DNA of 64,000 nucleotides, from assembly GCA_002269645.1 (NCBI GenBank), contig NIVC01001280.1:62001-126000 (forward strand), in the 5' to 3' direction. The notes below the pieces were generated by a model. That model ran no database searches. It saw only the letters and a program-made list of their open reading frames with translations, and was not told the DNA's origin. How positions within the stretch are numbered: the stretch's first letter is position 1; each line of letters opens with the position of its first letter. Both the position numbers and the translations under genes were made by a program. Source of the stretch: Macrostomum lignano (taxonomy: Eukaryota). Below, piece after piece: positions 1 through 12,500 of the stretch.

Positions 1-88
1 GCCCCGGCCCCGACCTAAGCAAGTTTAGACTGGCCGACAAAAGGGCTCAGACAGACGGACAGCAAGTTAGCAATATATACAGATAGTG

Positions 89-1495
89 ATGCAAGCAGGC
101 CTTCTGTCACCATTACCGATATCTCGGCTGACCTCAATGTATCAACAAGTTGAAGCTTCGGCGTCAACAGCCACCACATCCGATTCAGCGGATCTGCTGA
201 GCCAGTGCACAACAGAGTGGTCCAGGTACTTTATATCATCTCGGATAGCGCCTTGTAGCAGTGGCAAGTACACCTACACAGCAGCTCTGACTGCCGACCT
301 GCAGTCGCAGCCAGAGCGCCCACGACAGCGAGTACCCTCTCGGACTCACCGACGTCACCCGTCTCCGCCTACTCCCTCGCCTTGCCCGCCTCCTGAGCCG
401 GCCTCGTTTGCCGCCGAAGTCGAAGACACTGCCGATTCATCTGGCGACAGCGGACGCGGCAGCGAAGCAGATGGCGACAGTCCAGCAGAGTCGTCGGGTT
501 CACCGACCCCGCAGAACTGTACCTCCGGCAGCGACACGGCCATCGAGCGGCTGCGCAAGCGGGTGCAGTTTGCCGATGAGGTCGGACAGGCCCTGACGCG
601 GGTGAAGCTGCTCAGCGTCAGCGAACCAGATAACAGACTGCCATTGTTGGTGCTGGCAGAAAACCGTGAGTTTTAACTGATAGCTACTAAAGCTGCTATA
701 CCCTGTTCGGTTGATGCTGTTATCGGCCTGCAATCGGCCTGCAGTGAAGTGGCTTTCAGTCGTCTCTGAGATTTAAAAAATTACAGTCTTCTATACAAAT
801 ATCCAAGTACGAGTCCGAGGTCCCACGATCTAGCTGGTCCTAATTTGAAGTTCCCGATGCCCTATTTCTGACCTCCATATCATATCAAGTGCCTACTGAT
901 AGTAGGCGACTACGCATATCAAATTCAGACTAAAATTATGACCACATAACTAACTGCAGATGACTTCAGCCAGCGACTGCATCAGCAGGCTCAGTGGGAC
1001 TCGAACGAGCCGTGGCTGAGGTGCAAATTCAGCCAACCCAGTGCAAAGTACGTTGTGTTTCGCGAGTCCCTGGAACGCAACCTTGTGAGCCTGAGCTTTG
1101 TACACCTGGAGCCAGACACCATTAGGGGTTCCATAGCTGTGAAGAACGTCAGCTTCCGCAAGCGAGTCTTTGTCCACGTCAGCTTTGACAGCTGGAACAG
1201 TTTCAAGGACGTGGAGGCCACCTACAATGGGTCTGACGGCCAGCAGGACAATTTCTCCTTCAGCCTACCATGCCCTCCGGACCAGCAGGCAGACATTCAG
1301 TTTTGCGTCTGCTTCGAGTGCGACTGCGGCACATTCTGGGACAACAACGGCGGGGAGAACTACCGCATCGGCGTGGTCCCCGCTGCGCCAGCTGGCAGCG
1401 GCTACACCCGCGACTTCAAACCGGACTACGGAGGAGTGGCCGAGTTCTCTGAGTTTTCAGCCTGGGACCACTTTGATGACCAGGTGTACTACTAG
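89..1495 (+). CDS. PPP1R3: Protein phosphatase 1 regulatory subunit 3-like (glycogen-targeting subunit, CBM21 domain); 2 exons
   Basis: Exons 89-665 and 960-1495 (donor C|GTGAGT at 666, acceptor CTGCAG at 959; the phase-1 join restores the frame). RVxF PP1-docking motif KRVQFAD, FSQPS motif, and CBM21 signatures GSIAVKNVSFRKRVFVHVSFDSW and FWDNNGGENY. The paralog (B/C/D) cannot be assigned. Confidence 0.9.
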
Positions 1496-2730
1496 ACTTG
1501 GCGAAGCTAGGCGTAATATTAGTATTCAATATATGCTATTTTCTATTTGCTCAGTACCGTTAGCCTTTTGTACTCTCGTCTACAACTAACCGTTAATGAT
1601 CTCTGCTCTGCAAACTCTTCGTGCTTAGCAATTGTTATGTACTGGTTTCAGTTTCTGTACATTTGGGATTCGTCATGCTTCTGCCACGAACAATTCTGAC
1701 AGAGCGGCCAAAGCAATACTCTACTCAATTTCATCTGTGCTTCTTTGTGCCCGTTATTCGCTATTTTTTATTGATTCCCTCATAAAGCTAAAGCTATTCT
1801 CCTGAGCTGCTCAGCAGCTTGCTTAGCAGCACATTCCCTCATGCGATCCCAAGCAAATTCTCACCTCTGCGCACCTGCCAGTCCCTCTGGGGCTCCAACT
1901 ACGCCGCTTTCAAGCTGTCAGCACTTTCAGGCCATCAGCGGTAATTCAGCATGTTTAAGTTTGGGCATTGCTCATCACCAACCAGTGCCCTGTACTCTTA
2001 TTGAGTCCTGCTTGTCATTTCACGCATTTGTGTCATATCGCCTTGATTCCTGCTGCACTCAGTGAAGGTTTCACTTATTTAGAGTTCTATAAATAGTTTT
2101 CTTGCAATGCTTTCTCTCCCATGAATGTATAATTCGGCCACGCTAATCTAACGCTTACGCACCACTGCTCGGGTGCCACTGCCCACCTGACGTTGTTGAG
2201 TTCGAATTTGTAATAGAGTTGAAACTCAATAAACACTGCGCTATCGGTTTTTGTCGCAATTACTTATCAGATTATCAAAATATTTCATTTCTTAACGTTA
2301 CCGAAGCGATTATTGCCGACATACTTACTGCTTTTTACCACGCGAGTCGAAATTCGATCGAGTGATGACGCTCTCCGTGATTACGCATCGAGTCAGTCCA
2401 ATCAGAGATATTCGGCCTGACTGCCGGTTAGCAACCTAAAAGCCAGCCGATCTCATCTGAATTTCGGCAAAGCCTCACCATGTACCAGCATGGTCCCCAT
2501 GTTTTCCATGAAAACCATCTTTACATCGGGATTTGTACATACAGGTAGTATGGGGTACACTGAACCATTGCGTTGAGAATTTAGCAAGAGAAAATAAGAG
2601 ATTTCAAGCGGCGGCAGAGTTGTTTATTTGAAAAGCAATCTTGTTTGTTCCAAATCTCTAGTGTATACTAGTGCATGTGTACGCTCGTATGTGTACATGT
2701 GATAGTGTGTACATGTACATGCATAATGCA

Positions 2731-3029
2731 CATACATGCGCAACCTCCAAAATTCGGTCGGCCATGCGACTTAGTTTTAACAAAAATGCGACGTAGTTTT
2801 TGGCCAAAAATGCGACTTACATGTAAAAAAAACCCTAACGCAAAATTAACGCAACTTTGGGTAAACGGCAGGAGTAACTATAACTGTCTTATTAAGTCAA
2901 AATGCCTCGTCAGCTACTTAGTACTACTACTTTGCGTTTTTTTCGGGTGGGCATTTTTACGACTTCCTTGGTTGGCCGCCAAATCGGTCGGCCGGATCGG
3001 CCGACTCGGCCGACTGTTGCGCATGTATG
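2731..3029. mobile_element. Non-autonomous DNA transposon (MITE) with 14-bp TIR and 8-bp TSD (hAT- or P-like)
   Basis: Perfect TIRs CATACATGCGCAAC (2731) and GTTGCGCATGTATG (ends 3029); flanking direct repeat ATAATGCA at 2723-2730 and 3030-3037; repeated subterminal ATGCGACTTA-like motifs. Confidence 0.85.
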
Positions 3030-3211
3030 ATAATGCATAATATACCCACTTTGAAATATGTTCTGACACTGCTGTGAATAAATAGATCAAGAGCTATAAA
3101 GAAAGGCACAACATATCAATAGATGAACATTGGGTCTGCCTTCTATCGAAAGCAATAACAATTTTTGTTGCGCACCTTCTCAAACAAGAATAAAGTCGCC
3201 AGCCCCCCGGT

Positions 3212-3620
3212 CCGTCGAGATATTCGACGGTTCTGCCAGGTCGGAATTTTCCATAAGGGCTAGTAGTGTATTCAGTACACCCCTGTGCGCCAATCAGCAC
3301 TGCAACCTCAGCACTGCGTCGCTGAATGCTTGAGAGACTAGCTGAGGGCGTCCAACAGTTGAGGCTTGCCCACTGTCGAGGCTTGATCAGCGAAACTCGA
3401 GTAATTCGCATCAAGGTCATAGTCACATGGTGCCACCTGTTGAAGGTCCAGAAGCTCCGCCTAGGTGAAGGGCTGCAGTGACCAACGAAGTCAGAGCTGA
3501 TGTAGACACATATGGTCAACGTGCTGATGAAATTTGGAGGCTTGGCAAGGCCGCACTGAGGCGCAGTGTTGATTGGCGCACAGGGGTGTACTGAATACAC
3601 TGGCGCTTTTGGAAAAAATC
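3212..3620. mobile_element. Foldback/MITE-like repeat with long imperfect inverted arms
   Basis: AGTGTATTCAGTACACCCCTGTGCGCCAATCA(G/A)CACTGC at about 3265-3303 is inverted at about 3563-3601, and similarity extends outward to about 3244/3620. A related copy lies at about 61356-61526. No TSD identified. Confidence 0.6.
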
Positions 3621-3964
3621 TCTAGGGTGCGGATAGCAACGGGCCCTCTTGTACCCTTAGCTCCCAAGACTCAGAAAAGCCAAAGCCCCAAAAACCCCAA
3701 CACTTGTTTAAACTTCAAAAAAGGCATATGCAGGATCATGCTAAAAGGTGGGGGGCTCCGCCCCCATGCCCCCCTGGTTCCGACACCACTAGATATTCAT
3801 AAAGCTTTTCGTTTTATAAAATTAGGATTTTAGGTTAATTTTATCGCCTACGTACGGTAGTACATGTTCTGTGCCTATATACAGCATTAAAATGGAATGC
3901 ACACTGCTCGGCTCATTGGTATTTATTATAAATTGGAATATATTTTATCATTCTTAGCTGACTC

Positions 3965-4336
3965 CAGTGGCGGATCTAGAGTTTCATTTCGGAGGGGGAG
4001 GGCGATCCAAGTTTGGGGCGCCAACACGAGTATAAGGGGCGCCAATTTTTAAGCTAGGGGGCGCAAAAAATGCGTATAGGGGGGGGGCGAAAAATCAAGC
4101 TTGGGAACGCAAAAAATGCGTGTAGAGGGCGAAAAATGAAGCTTAGGGGCGCAATTTAAATGCGTATAGGGGGCGAAAAGTCAAGCTTTGTGGTGCAAAA
4201 AAGGTGTTTGGGGGCGAAAAACCAAGTTTAGGGGCGCAAACTTAGGTTTTTGGGGGGCGCAATATGTTCTGTCCAGCTATTTTGGGGGGGGGGGAAGGGC
4301 AGCCACCCCCCGCCCCCCCCCCTAAATCAGCCCCTG
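3965..4336. mobile_element. hAT-like MITE with 8-bp TSD
   Basis: Imperfect TIRs CAGTGGCGGATCTAG / CTAAATCAGCCCCTG; exact TSD GCTGACTC at 3957-3964 and 4337-4344; internal degenerate repeats of GGGGCGCAAAAAATGCGTATAGGGGG type. Confidence 0.8.
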
Positions 4337-6590
4337 GCTGACTCTGTAACAATATGTGTAACAGATATAATAAAGCTTGTTATTATCATATACCATTCTT
4401 TCTTAATGAAACTGTTTTACCATATTATTCTTATTTGTTTTAATAATAAAAAAAGTTTTCACTTTTGTTCATTAATTTAAATTAACAAGCTTTGATGCTT
4501 TTCTTGGAATGCAATTACTTTTCCTAGCCGTTAATCAGAGCCTACTTAACAACCCAGTCGAGGGCTACCTAGCATTGTTTTTACTAAGTTTAGTTGGTTA
4601 ACTTGGTTTGCTTTTTCTAGTCTTTTGTTGCTAGTGCAGTCGCAGCGAGCGAGGGTAATAATACAATCGTAGTAGGCTTTTTATATTATCTTAGTTTTAT
4701 CGACGTGCTCATAAACAAATATCAATCTTAATGTAATGTTTCTTAGACAGTAAGTTTTAAATATCCCTAAAACAGTTTAAAGAAATTAAAGATGGACTAG
4801 TGCCAGCTAATGGATATTTAAAATATATAAGTTTTAATTACAAACTGTGCTTTACAAAATATTGGCTAATCAAAAATGTCAATTGTGAGGAATGGTATGT
4901 TGAGTTTGTTGAGTTATGTTATTCTAATACTTGTCATTATTCTTTTTAGTAGTGTTACTACTCTACTCTGCTATTAAATTTTTATTTATTAGTATTTATT
5001 GAATTTTTTATAAGATGAAAAATTAGAAATTTAGGTCTATTCTATAATTCAATTACTTATTCAGGAAATGTCTTGTCTTTGTCTTTAAATATTAGTTTAT
5101 TCTTTTGATTTAGCTTTTAAGACAAATTTATTAATCAGTGATAAATCTAAGGGCCTAGGGTCTTAGCCCCCTTAGATAGGCCATTTTTACTATATTTTTT
5201 CTTTGTTTTAACCATTGTTAGACTAATATATTACTCATTTTAAAAGGAGTATGGTCATTTGGAGCAGGTCATTGGAGCAGGTCATTTTGGTGACAAGTCA
5301 TTTCAATGATAAACATTTTTGTGACAAATAGTCATGTTGGTGATTAGTGGGTTTTATATGATAAATACACTTCAGGTTAAGTGAAAAATAGAGGATTCAA
5401 TAAGTTGGTCATTTTATTTTTAGTGATAAAAAGTACTTTATAATATTAGTTTGTAGCTATTTTGTTAAGATTTATGTTTTGTATATTTCAGAAATTCTTT
5501 GTAAGATTAATAATATTATATTGTTTTGTTTTTATATAGATCATTTTATATTTGTCTTAAAATATTCCAACACAAACATCTAGAAGAGCTTTTTAATTAA
5601 ATGCCTACCAAAAAACACAAGTAAATATTCACTAAATTTAGAAAATTTACAAATACAAAAGATCACAACTCTGTAATAGTAGATAAAATTAAATGAAATA
5701 ATATTTTACAATTTTAATAGACCTCTAAAAATTTTGGTTTCATATCACTTAAGATTTGCAAGATTATTTTTTTGCTTGAAACTACAATGGCTATTATTAA
5801 AAAGATCTTTTTCTTATTATTGAAATTACTTTTGCTTTTGTTACCAAAATGTCTTGTCACCAAAATGAATAATTCTAAGCTCATGATGATATAAATCTCT
5901 GTGCATTGGAAAATTTTGGCATATGCATATATTATTGTTATTATTATTATTATTAATATATATTATATAAGACAAATATATATATATATACCATGTATAC
6001 CATATATTGTCAATGATCTTGATTTTACCCTAACTTTTACCTCACACAAGCAAAATATATTTAGCAAGAAAGAGGGGAAAATGCCATTGCAATATAATTC
6101 AACCTGGTACCCTATATTCAAGCTAATTTTCTATGCTCCTCTATGCCAAGACAAGCAAAAGAACTCACAACAAAATGGAAAACCTATTATCATAAAACAG
6201 CCAATGTTACAAGTTTATTTGTTATTAGATCTTTGTTATTTGTTATTTGTTATTTGTTACTAGTTTATTTGTAGGTCAGTTTAGGTGCAAATCAGTCTCA
6301 AATAAGAATCTGCATTGCATATGGTTATCTTGAATTCCAAGCATTCAACCCTAAACCCTAACTGTTCAACCCTAACTAAGGTACACTAAAACTATATGAT
6401 GTAAAGGTCTATCTTTAGCAATAGGGCAGTAGGGGTAGTTTAGTCTATTGGCAGTAGGGATATTGATTAGAGTTGATAGCCAATAAGCTAGTATAATGAT
6501 AGTTAGCTGTAGCCTATTTTTTAGTCTATTGATGTCATGTTGCCAATTACCATTATGATCATGGTATAACTTGAACATTATCTATTTTAG

Positions 6591-9500
6591 GGGCTGACGG
6601 CTTCATCAAAATTGGAAATGTCATCAAAACAATCAGAAAAAGCAAATCGCCACATTTGATTCCTGTTAACTATTGTAAGTTTTTATTGTATATTTGATAG
6701 TATACTCATTAATTAGTGTTGAGCTTTATTATATGCTGTGTCTTGCATGCTTTTAGTGCCAGAGCCTTTATCTGCCACTCTGAGCCAGCACCTGCAATGG
6801 ATTCTGCAAAAGGTATGTACCAGAGCTATGAAATGCATTTGCAGCAGGTTTCTACACAAAACTCTTCATGATTAATTTCAGGATGTGCTGGGACAGGATG
6901 TGTTCCTGATTGGCCCACCAGGGAAGAGCAAGCGGCAACTGGCTCTGATGTACTCAGTGAGTGTAGCTGTCTCTAAATACTCGCTTGCTTCTCCAGATCA
7001 CAGCTGCATTTGATTCACCTGGTATTGCAGGAGCTCGCTCACATGGAGGTCGAGTACATCAGCCTGTCACGTGACGTTACCGAGTCCGACCTCAAGCAGC
7101 GTCGCGAGATTCGTGCAGGCAGCGCCGTCTATGCAGACGAGTGCGCAGTGCGGGCTGCGCTGGAGGGCCGCCTGCTGGTCTTGGAGGGACTTGAGAAGGC
7201 CGAGCGGAACGTGCTGCCTGTGTTGAACAACCTACTTGAGAATAGAGAAGTGCAGCTGGAGGATGGCCGCTTCATCATGCACCCCAGCCGGTACGACTTT
7301 CTGCTGGGCAAGCACGGCAGCGACACCATGCGGGAGTGGCGCCTGCTGCGCTGCTCCCCTGACTTCCGGTAGGCTGAGCTGCTTTCATGCACTTCTGCCA
7401 TTGCTACTCATCTTCCAGTCCACGGCCCAGCCCACCCGCTACTGAACCTCCAGGCCCAGCCCACCCGCTACTGATCCTCCAGGTCCAGCCTACCGGCTAC
7501 TGATCCTCCAGGCCCACCCTACCCGCTACTGATCCTCCAGGCCCAGCCCACGGCCCAGCCCACGGCCCAGCCCACACGCTACTGATCCTCCAGGTCCAGC
7601 CCACACGCTACTGACCCTCCAGGTCCAGCCTACCCGCTACTGACCCTCCAGGTCCAGCCTACCCGCTACTGACCCTCCAGGCCCAGCCTACCCGCTACTG
7701 ACCCTCAGCGCGTTCCACTTGCTTTATTTCGTGCATGCCTTTTTCCAAGTTTCTCACAGTGACCTAAAAAGTGATTATCTGGCTCCAGTGCAGTTCTGCT
7801 TTATCTCAACGTTTAGAATTTATTCTTTGACCCCTGAATTCATTGTGACTGCATTGACTTCTGCCCACTATTTGGAGCAAGTGGCTTCGAGATAAGGGCT
7901 GTAGGCCTTCTGCTTTCTCAATGCTGCTTTGCATGTCTAATTTCTGCGCTTTAATGTCGGCGGTAGACAAATATAGCCTTCAGGAAATCGCTTAACTGAT
8001 GGATGCTAGCGCTAAATTTTGGTGTGTATTGCCACTTCGAATACCCTCAGTGTGATCGCCCTGGGCCTGCCGGTGCCTCGCTACCGGGGCAACCCACTGG
8101 ACCCGCCGCTCCGCTCCCGCTTCCAATGCCGCCGCGTGCCCGCCGAGCCTGCGCTGCCTGCCGACCGGCCGCCCTCCGACAAACTGCTGCAGCTGACCTC
8201 CTTTGGCATGGCGATCAACGCTGAAGAAGCTCGCAGCCTCGGCCTACCGGATTTTCCACTGGACAACCTGGCCGCTGTGGCCGAATTGTGGAACCTCGTG
8301 CCCGCCATGCCTGTGCAGTACTGGCTGCAGCGGCTCTACCCTTTTGAAGGTGCGCTCGGCCGGGAGGCCGCGGATGCCGTGAAGCAGCTCGCCAAGGTAG
8401 CAACTGCTGCCCTCCAGTGTTTTAGTTGGGGCATCTCCCCTCCAATCCCTTTAGTTGGCGCATCTCCCCTCCAATCCCTTTAGTTGGCGCATCTCCCCTC
8501 CAATCCCTTTAGTTGGCGCATCTCCCCTCCAATCCCTTTAGTTGGCGCATCTCCCCTCATGTCTTAGTTGGCGCATCTCCCCTTCATGTCTTAGTTGGCG
8601 CATCTCCCCTTCATGTCTTAGTTGGCGCATCTCCCCTCCAATCTCTTAATTGGCGCCTCCCCCCCCCCAGTCCCTTTAGTTGGCGCATCTCCCCTCCAAT
8701 CCCTTTAGTTGGCGCATCTCCCCTCCAATCCCTTTAGTTGGCGCATCTCCCCTCCAATCCCTTTAGTTGGCGCATCTCCCCTTCATGTCTTAGTTGGCGC
8801 ATCTCCCCTCCAATCTCTTAATTGGCGCATCTCCCCCCCCCCCAGTCCCTTTAGTTGGCGCATCTCCCCTCCAATCTCTTAATTGGCGCATCTCCCCCCC
8901 CCCAGTCCCTTTAGTTGGCGCATGTCCCCTCCAATCCCTTTAGTTGGCGCATCTCCCCTCCAATCCCTTTAGTTGGCGCATGTCCCCTTCAATCCCTTTA
9001 GTTGGCGCATCTCCCCTCCAATCCCTTTAGTTGGCGCATGTCCCCTCCAATCCCTTTAGTTGGCGCATGTCCCCTCCAATCCCTTTAGTTGGCGCATGTC
9101 CCCTTCAATCCCTTTAGTTGGCGCATGTCCCCTCCAATCCCTTTAGTTGGCGCATGTCCCCTTCAATCCCTTTAGTTGGCGCATCTCCCCTCCAATCTCT
9201 TAATTGGCGCATCTCCCCCCCCCCAGTCCCTTTAGTTGGCGCATGTCCCCTCCAATCCCTTTAGTTGGCGCATCTCCCCTCCAATCCCTTTAGTTGGCGC
9301 ATGTCCCCTTCAATCCCTTTAGTTGGCGCATCTCCCCTCCAATCCCTTTAGTTGGCGCATGTCCCCTCCAATCCCTTTAGTTGGCGCATGTCCCCTCCAA
9401 TCCCTTTAGTTGGCGCATGTCCCCTTCAATCCCTTTAGTTGGCGCATGTCCCCTCCAATCCCTTTAGTTGGCGCATGTCCCCTCCAATCCCTTTAGTTGG

Positions 9501-12500
9501 CGCATGTCCCCTTCAATCCCTTTAGTTGGCGCATGTCCCCTCCAATCCCTTTAGTTGGCGCATGTCCCCTCCAATCCCTTTAGTTGGCGCATGTCCCCTC
9601 CAATCCCTTTAGTTGGCGCATCTCCCCTCCAATCCCTTTAGTTGGCGCATGTCCCCTCCAATCCCTTTAGTTGGCGCATGTCCCCTCCAATCCCTTTAGT
9701 TGGCGCATGTCCCCTTCAATCCCTTTAGTTGGCGCATGTCCCCTCCAATCCCTTTAGTTGGCGCATGTCCCCTCCAATCCCTTTAGTTGGCGCATGTCCC
9801 CTTCAATCCCTTTAGTTGGCGCATGTCCCCTCCAATCCCTTTAGTTGGCGCATGTCCCCTCCAATCCCTTTAGTTGGCGCATGTCCCCTCCAATCCCTTT
9901 AGTTGGCGCATCTCCCCTCCAATCCCTTTAGTTGGCGCATCTCCCCATCAATCCCTTTAGTTGGCGCATCTCCCCTCCAATCCCTTTAGTTGGCGCATCT
10001 CCCCTTCATGTCTTAGTTGGCGCATCTCCCCTTCATGTCTTAGTTGGCGCATCTCCCCTCCAATCTCTTAATTGGCGCATATCCCCCCCCCCAGTCCCTT
10101 TAGTTGGCGCATCTCCCCTCCAATCCCTTTAGTTGGCGCATGTCCCCTCCAATCCCTTTAGTTGGCGCATCTCCCCTCCAATCCCTTTAGTTGGCGCATC
10201 TCCCCTCCAATCCCTTTAGTTGGCGCATCTCCCCTCCAATCCCTTTAGTTGGCGCATCTCCCCTCCAATCTCTTTAGTTGGCGCATGTCCCCTCCAATCT
10301 CTTTAGTTGGCGCATCTCCCCTCATGTCTTAGTTGGCGCATCTCCCCTCCAATCCCTTTAGTTGGCGCATGTCCCCTTCAATCCCTTTAGTTGGCGCATG
10401 TCCCCTTCAATCCCTTTAGTTGGCGCATCTCCCCTCCAATCTCTTAATTGGCGCATCTCCCCCCCCAGTCCCTTTAGTTGACGCATCTCCCCTTCATGTC
10501 TTCATTTCCCCTCCAATCCCTTTAGTTGGCGCATCTCCCCTCCAATCCCTTTAGTTGGCGCATCTCCCCTTCATGTCTTAGTTGGCGCATCTCCCCTTCA
10601 TGTCTTAGTTGGCGCATCTCCCCTTCATGTCTTAGTTGGCGCATCTCCCCTCCAATCTCTTAATTGGCGCATCTCCCCCCCAGTCCCTTTAGTTGGCGCA
10701 TCTCCCCTCCAATCCCTTTAGTTGGCGCATCTCCCCTCCAATCCCTTTAGTTGGCGCATCTCCCCTCCAATCCCTTTAGTTGGCGCATCTCCCCTTCATG
10801 TCTTAGTTGGCGCATCTCCCCTCCAATCTCTTAATTGGCGCATCTCCCCCCCCAGTCCCTTTAGTTGGCGCATCTCCCCTCCAATCTCTTAATTGGCGCA
10901 TCTCCCCCCCCAGTCCCTTTAGTTGGCGCATGTCCCCTCCAATCCCTTTAGTTGGCGCATGTCCCCTTCAATCCCTTTAGTTGGCGCATGTCCCCTCCAA
11001 TCCCTTTAGTTGGCGCATGTCCCCTTCAATCCCTTTAGTTGGCGCATCTCCCCTCCAATCCCTTTAGTTGGCGCATGTCCCCTTCAATCCCTTTAGTTGG
11101 CGCATCTCCCCTTCATGTCTTAGTTGGCGCATCTCCCCTTCATGTCTTAGTTGGCGCATCTCCCCTTCATGTCTTAGTTGGCGCATCTCCCCTCCAATCT
11201 CTTAATTGGCGCATCTCCCCCCCAGTCCCTTTAGTTGGCGCATCTCCCCTCCAATCCCTTTAGTTGGCGCATCTCCCCTCCAATCTCTTTAGTTGGCGCA
11301 TCTCCCCTCCAATCCCTTTAGTTGGCGCATCTCCCCTCCAATCCCTTTAGTTGGCGCATCTCCCCTCCAATCCCTTTAGTTGGCGCATCTCCCCATCAAT
11401 CCCTTTAGTTGGCGCATCTCCCCTCCAATCCCTTTAGTTGGCGCATCTCCCCTTCATGTCTTAGTTGGCGCATCTCCCCTTCATGTCTTAGTTGGCGCAT
11501 CTCCCCTTCATGTCTTAGTTGGCGCATCTCCCCTCCAATCTCTTAATTGGCGCATCTCCCCCCCCAGTCCCTTTAGTTGACGCATCTCCCCTTCATGTCT
11601 TCATTTCCCCTCCAATCCCTTTAGTTGGCGCATCTCCCCTCATGTCTTAGTTGGCGCATCTCCCCTTCATGTCTTAGTTGGCGCATCTCCCCTCCAGTCT
11701 TTTAGTTGACGCATCTCCCCTCCATGTCTTAGTTACGCATCTCCCATGCAGTCCCTTTAGTTGGCGCAGCTCCCTTCCAGTCTCTTAGTTGGCGTTGCTG
11801 TTCTCAAGTCCCTTAGGCAAAAAATGGGTCAACAGTCGGTTTTCCGGGTCTTTAGCTTTAGCTTTAGTTTTAGCTTTAGCACCATGCTCAGATTTGCGAA
11901 TATCTTTTACTCATTGCATGCAATCTTCTTCGCTTGAATTTCATTGCAGAAATTCGAGCTGCCCACCCAGCTGGACCACGCTAGCCAGATTGCAATGCTG
12001 GGGTTGACCGCCAGCCAATCAGCAGCTGGGGACAACAGCACTAGCCAATCAGCAGCAGGCGAAGCCACGGTCAGCATTCGCATCGAGGCGGCCCTGCTTA
12101 GCAAGCGGGTTGACCTGAAAGTACCAACGGGCCCCTGGCCGCTTTTGGCGTCATCGAAATCAGACGGATGCAGCAGTGGCGGCGGCTTCGTGAACACGCG
12201 GTACCACTCGGGGCTGCTAGCTGACCTCATGGTGACCCACGCAGGCGGGCAGGACTTCGCGCTGATTGGACCGCGCGGCTGCGGCAAGTTTACCGTGGCC
12301 TGCCAGCTGGCCCGTCAGCTGGGCTATCCGCTGGCGCACGTGGTCTTGTACAGGGATATGTCCAGCCGCGACCTGCTGCAACAGCGGGTCACCGACGCAG
12401 AAGGGGATACGCAGTGGCGGCCCTCCGCGCTGGTGCAGGCGGCTGTGGCGGGCCACCTGGCGGTGCTGGATGGCCTGCACCGGGTCGACCGCGGCACCTT

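Noticed and set aside
4340-6590. AT-rich ORFs (e.g. 5901-6263, 30019-30255, 32803-33174)
   Set aside because: Low-complexity intronic or intergenic DNA whose composition is unlike the GC-rich true exons.
8421-11794. Regular about 29-bp repeats that might suggest a CRISPR array
   Set aside because: Head-to-tail units with no unique spacers, no cas genes, and a eukaryotic intron context. The same applies to the 46-bp and 88-bp arrays.
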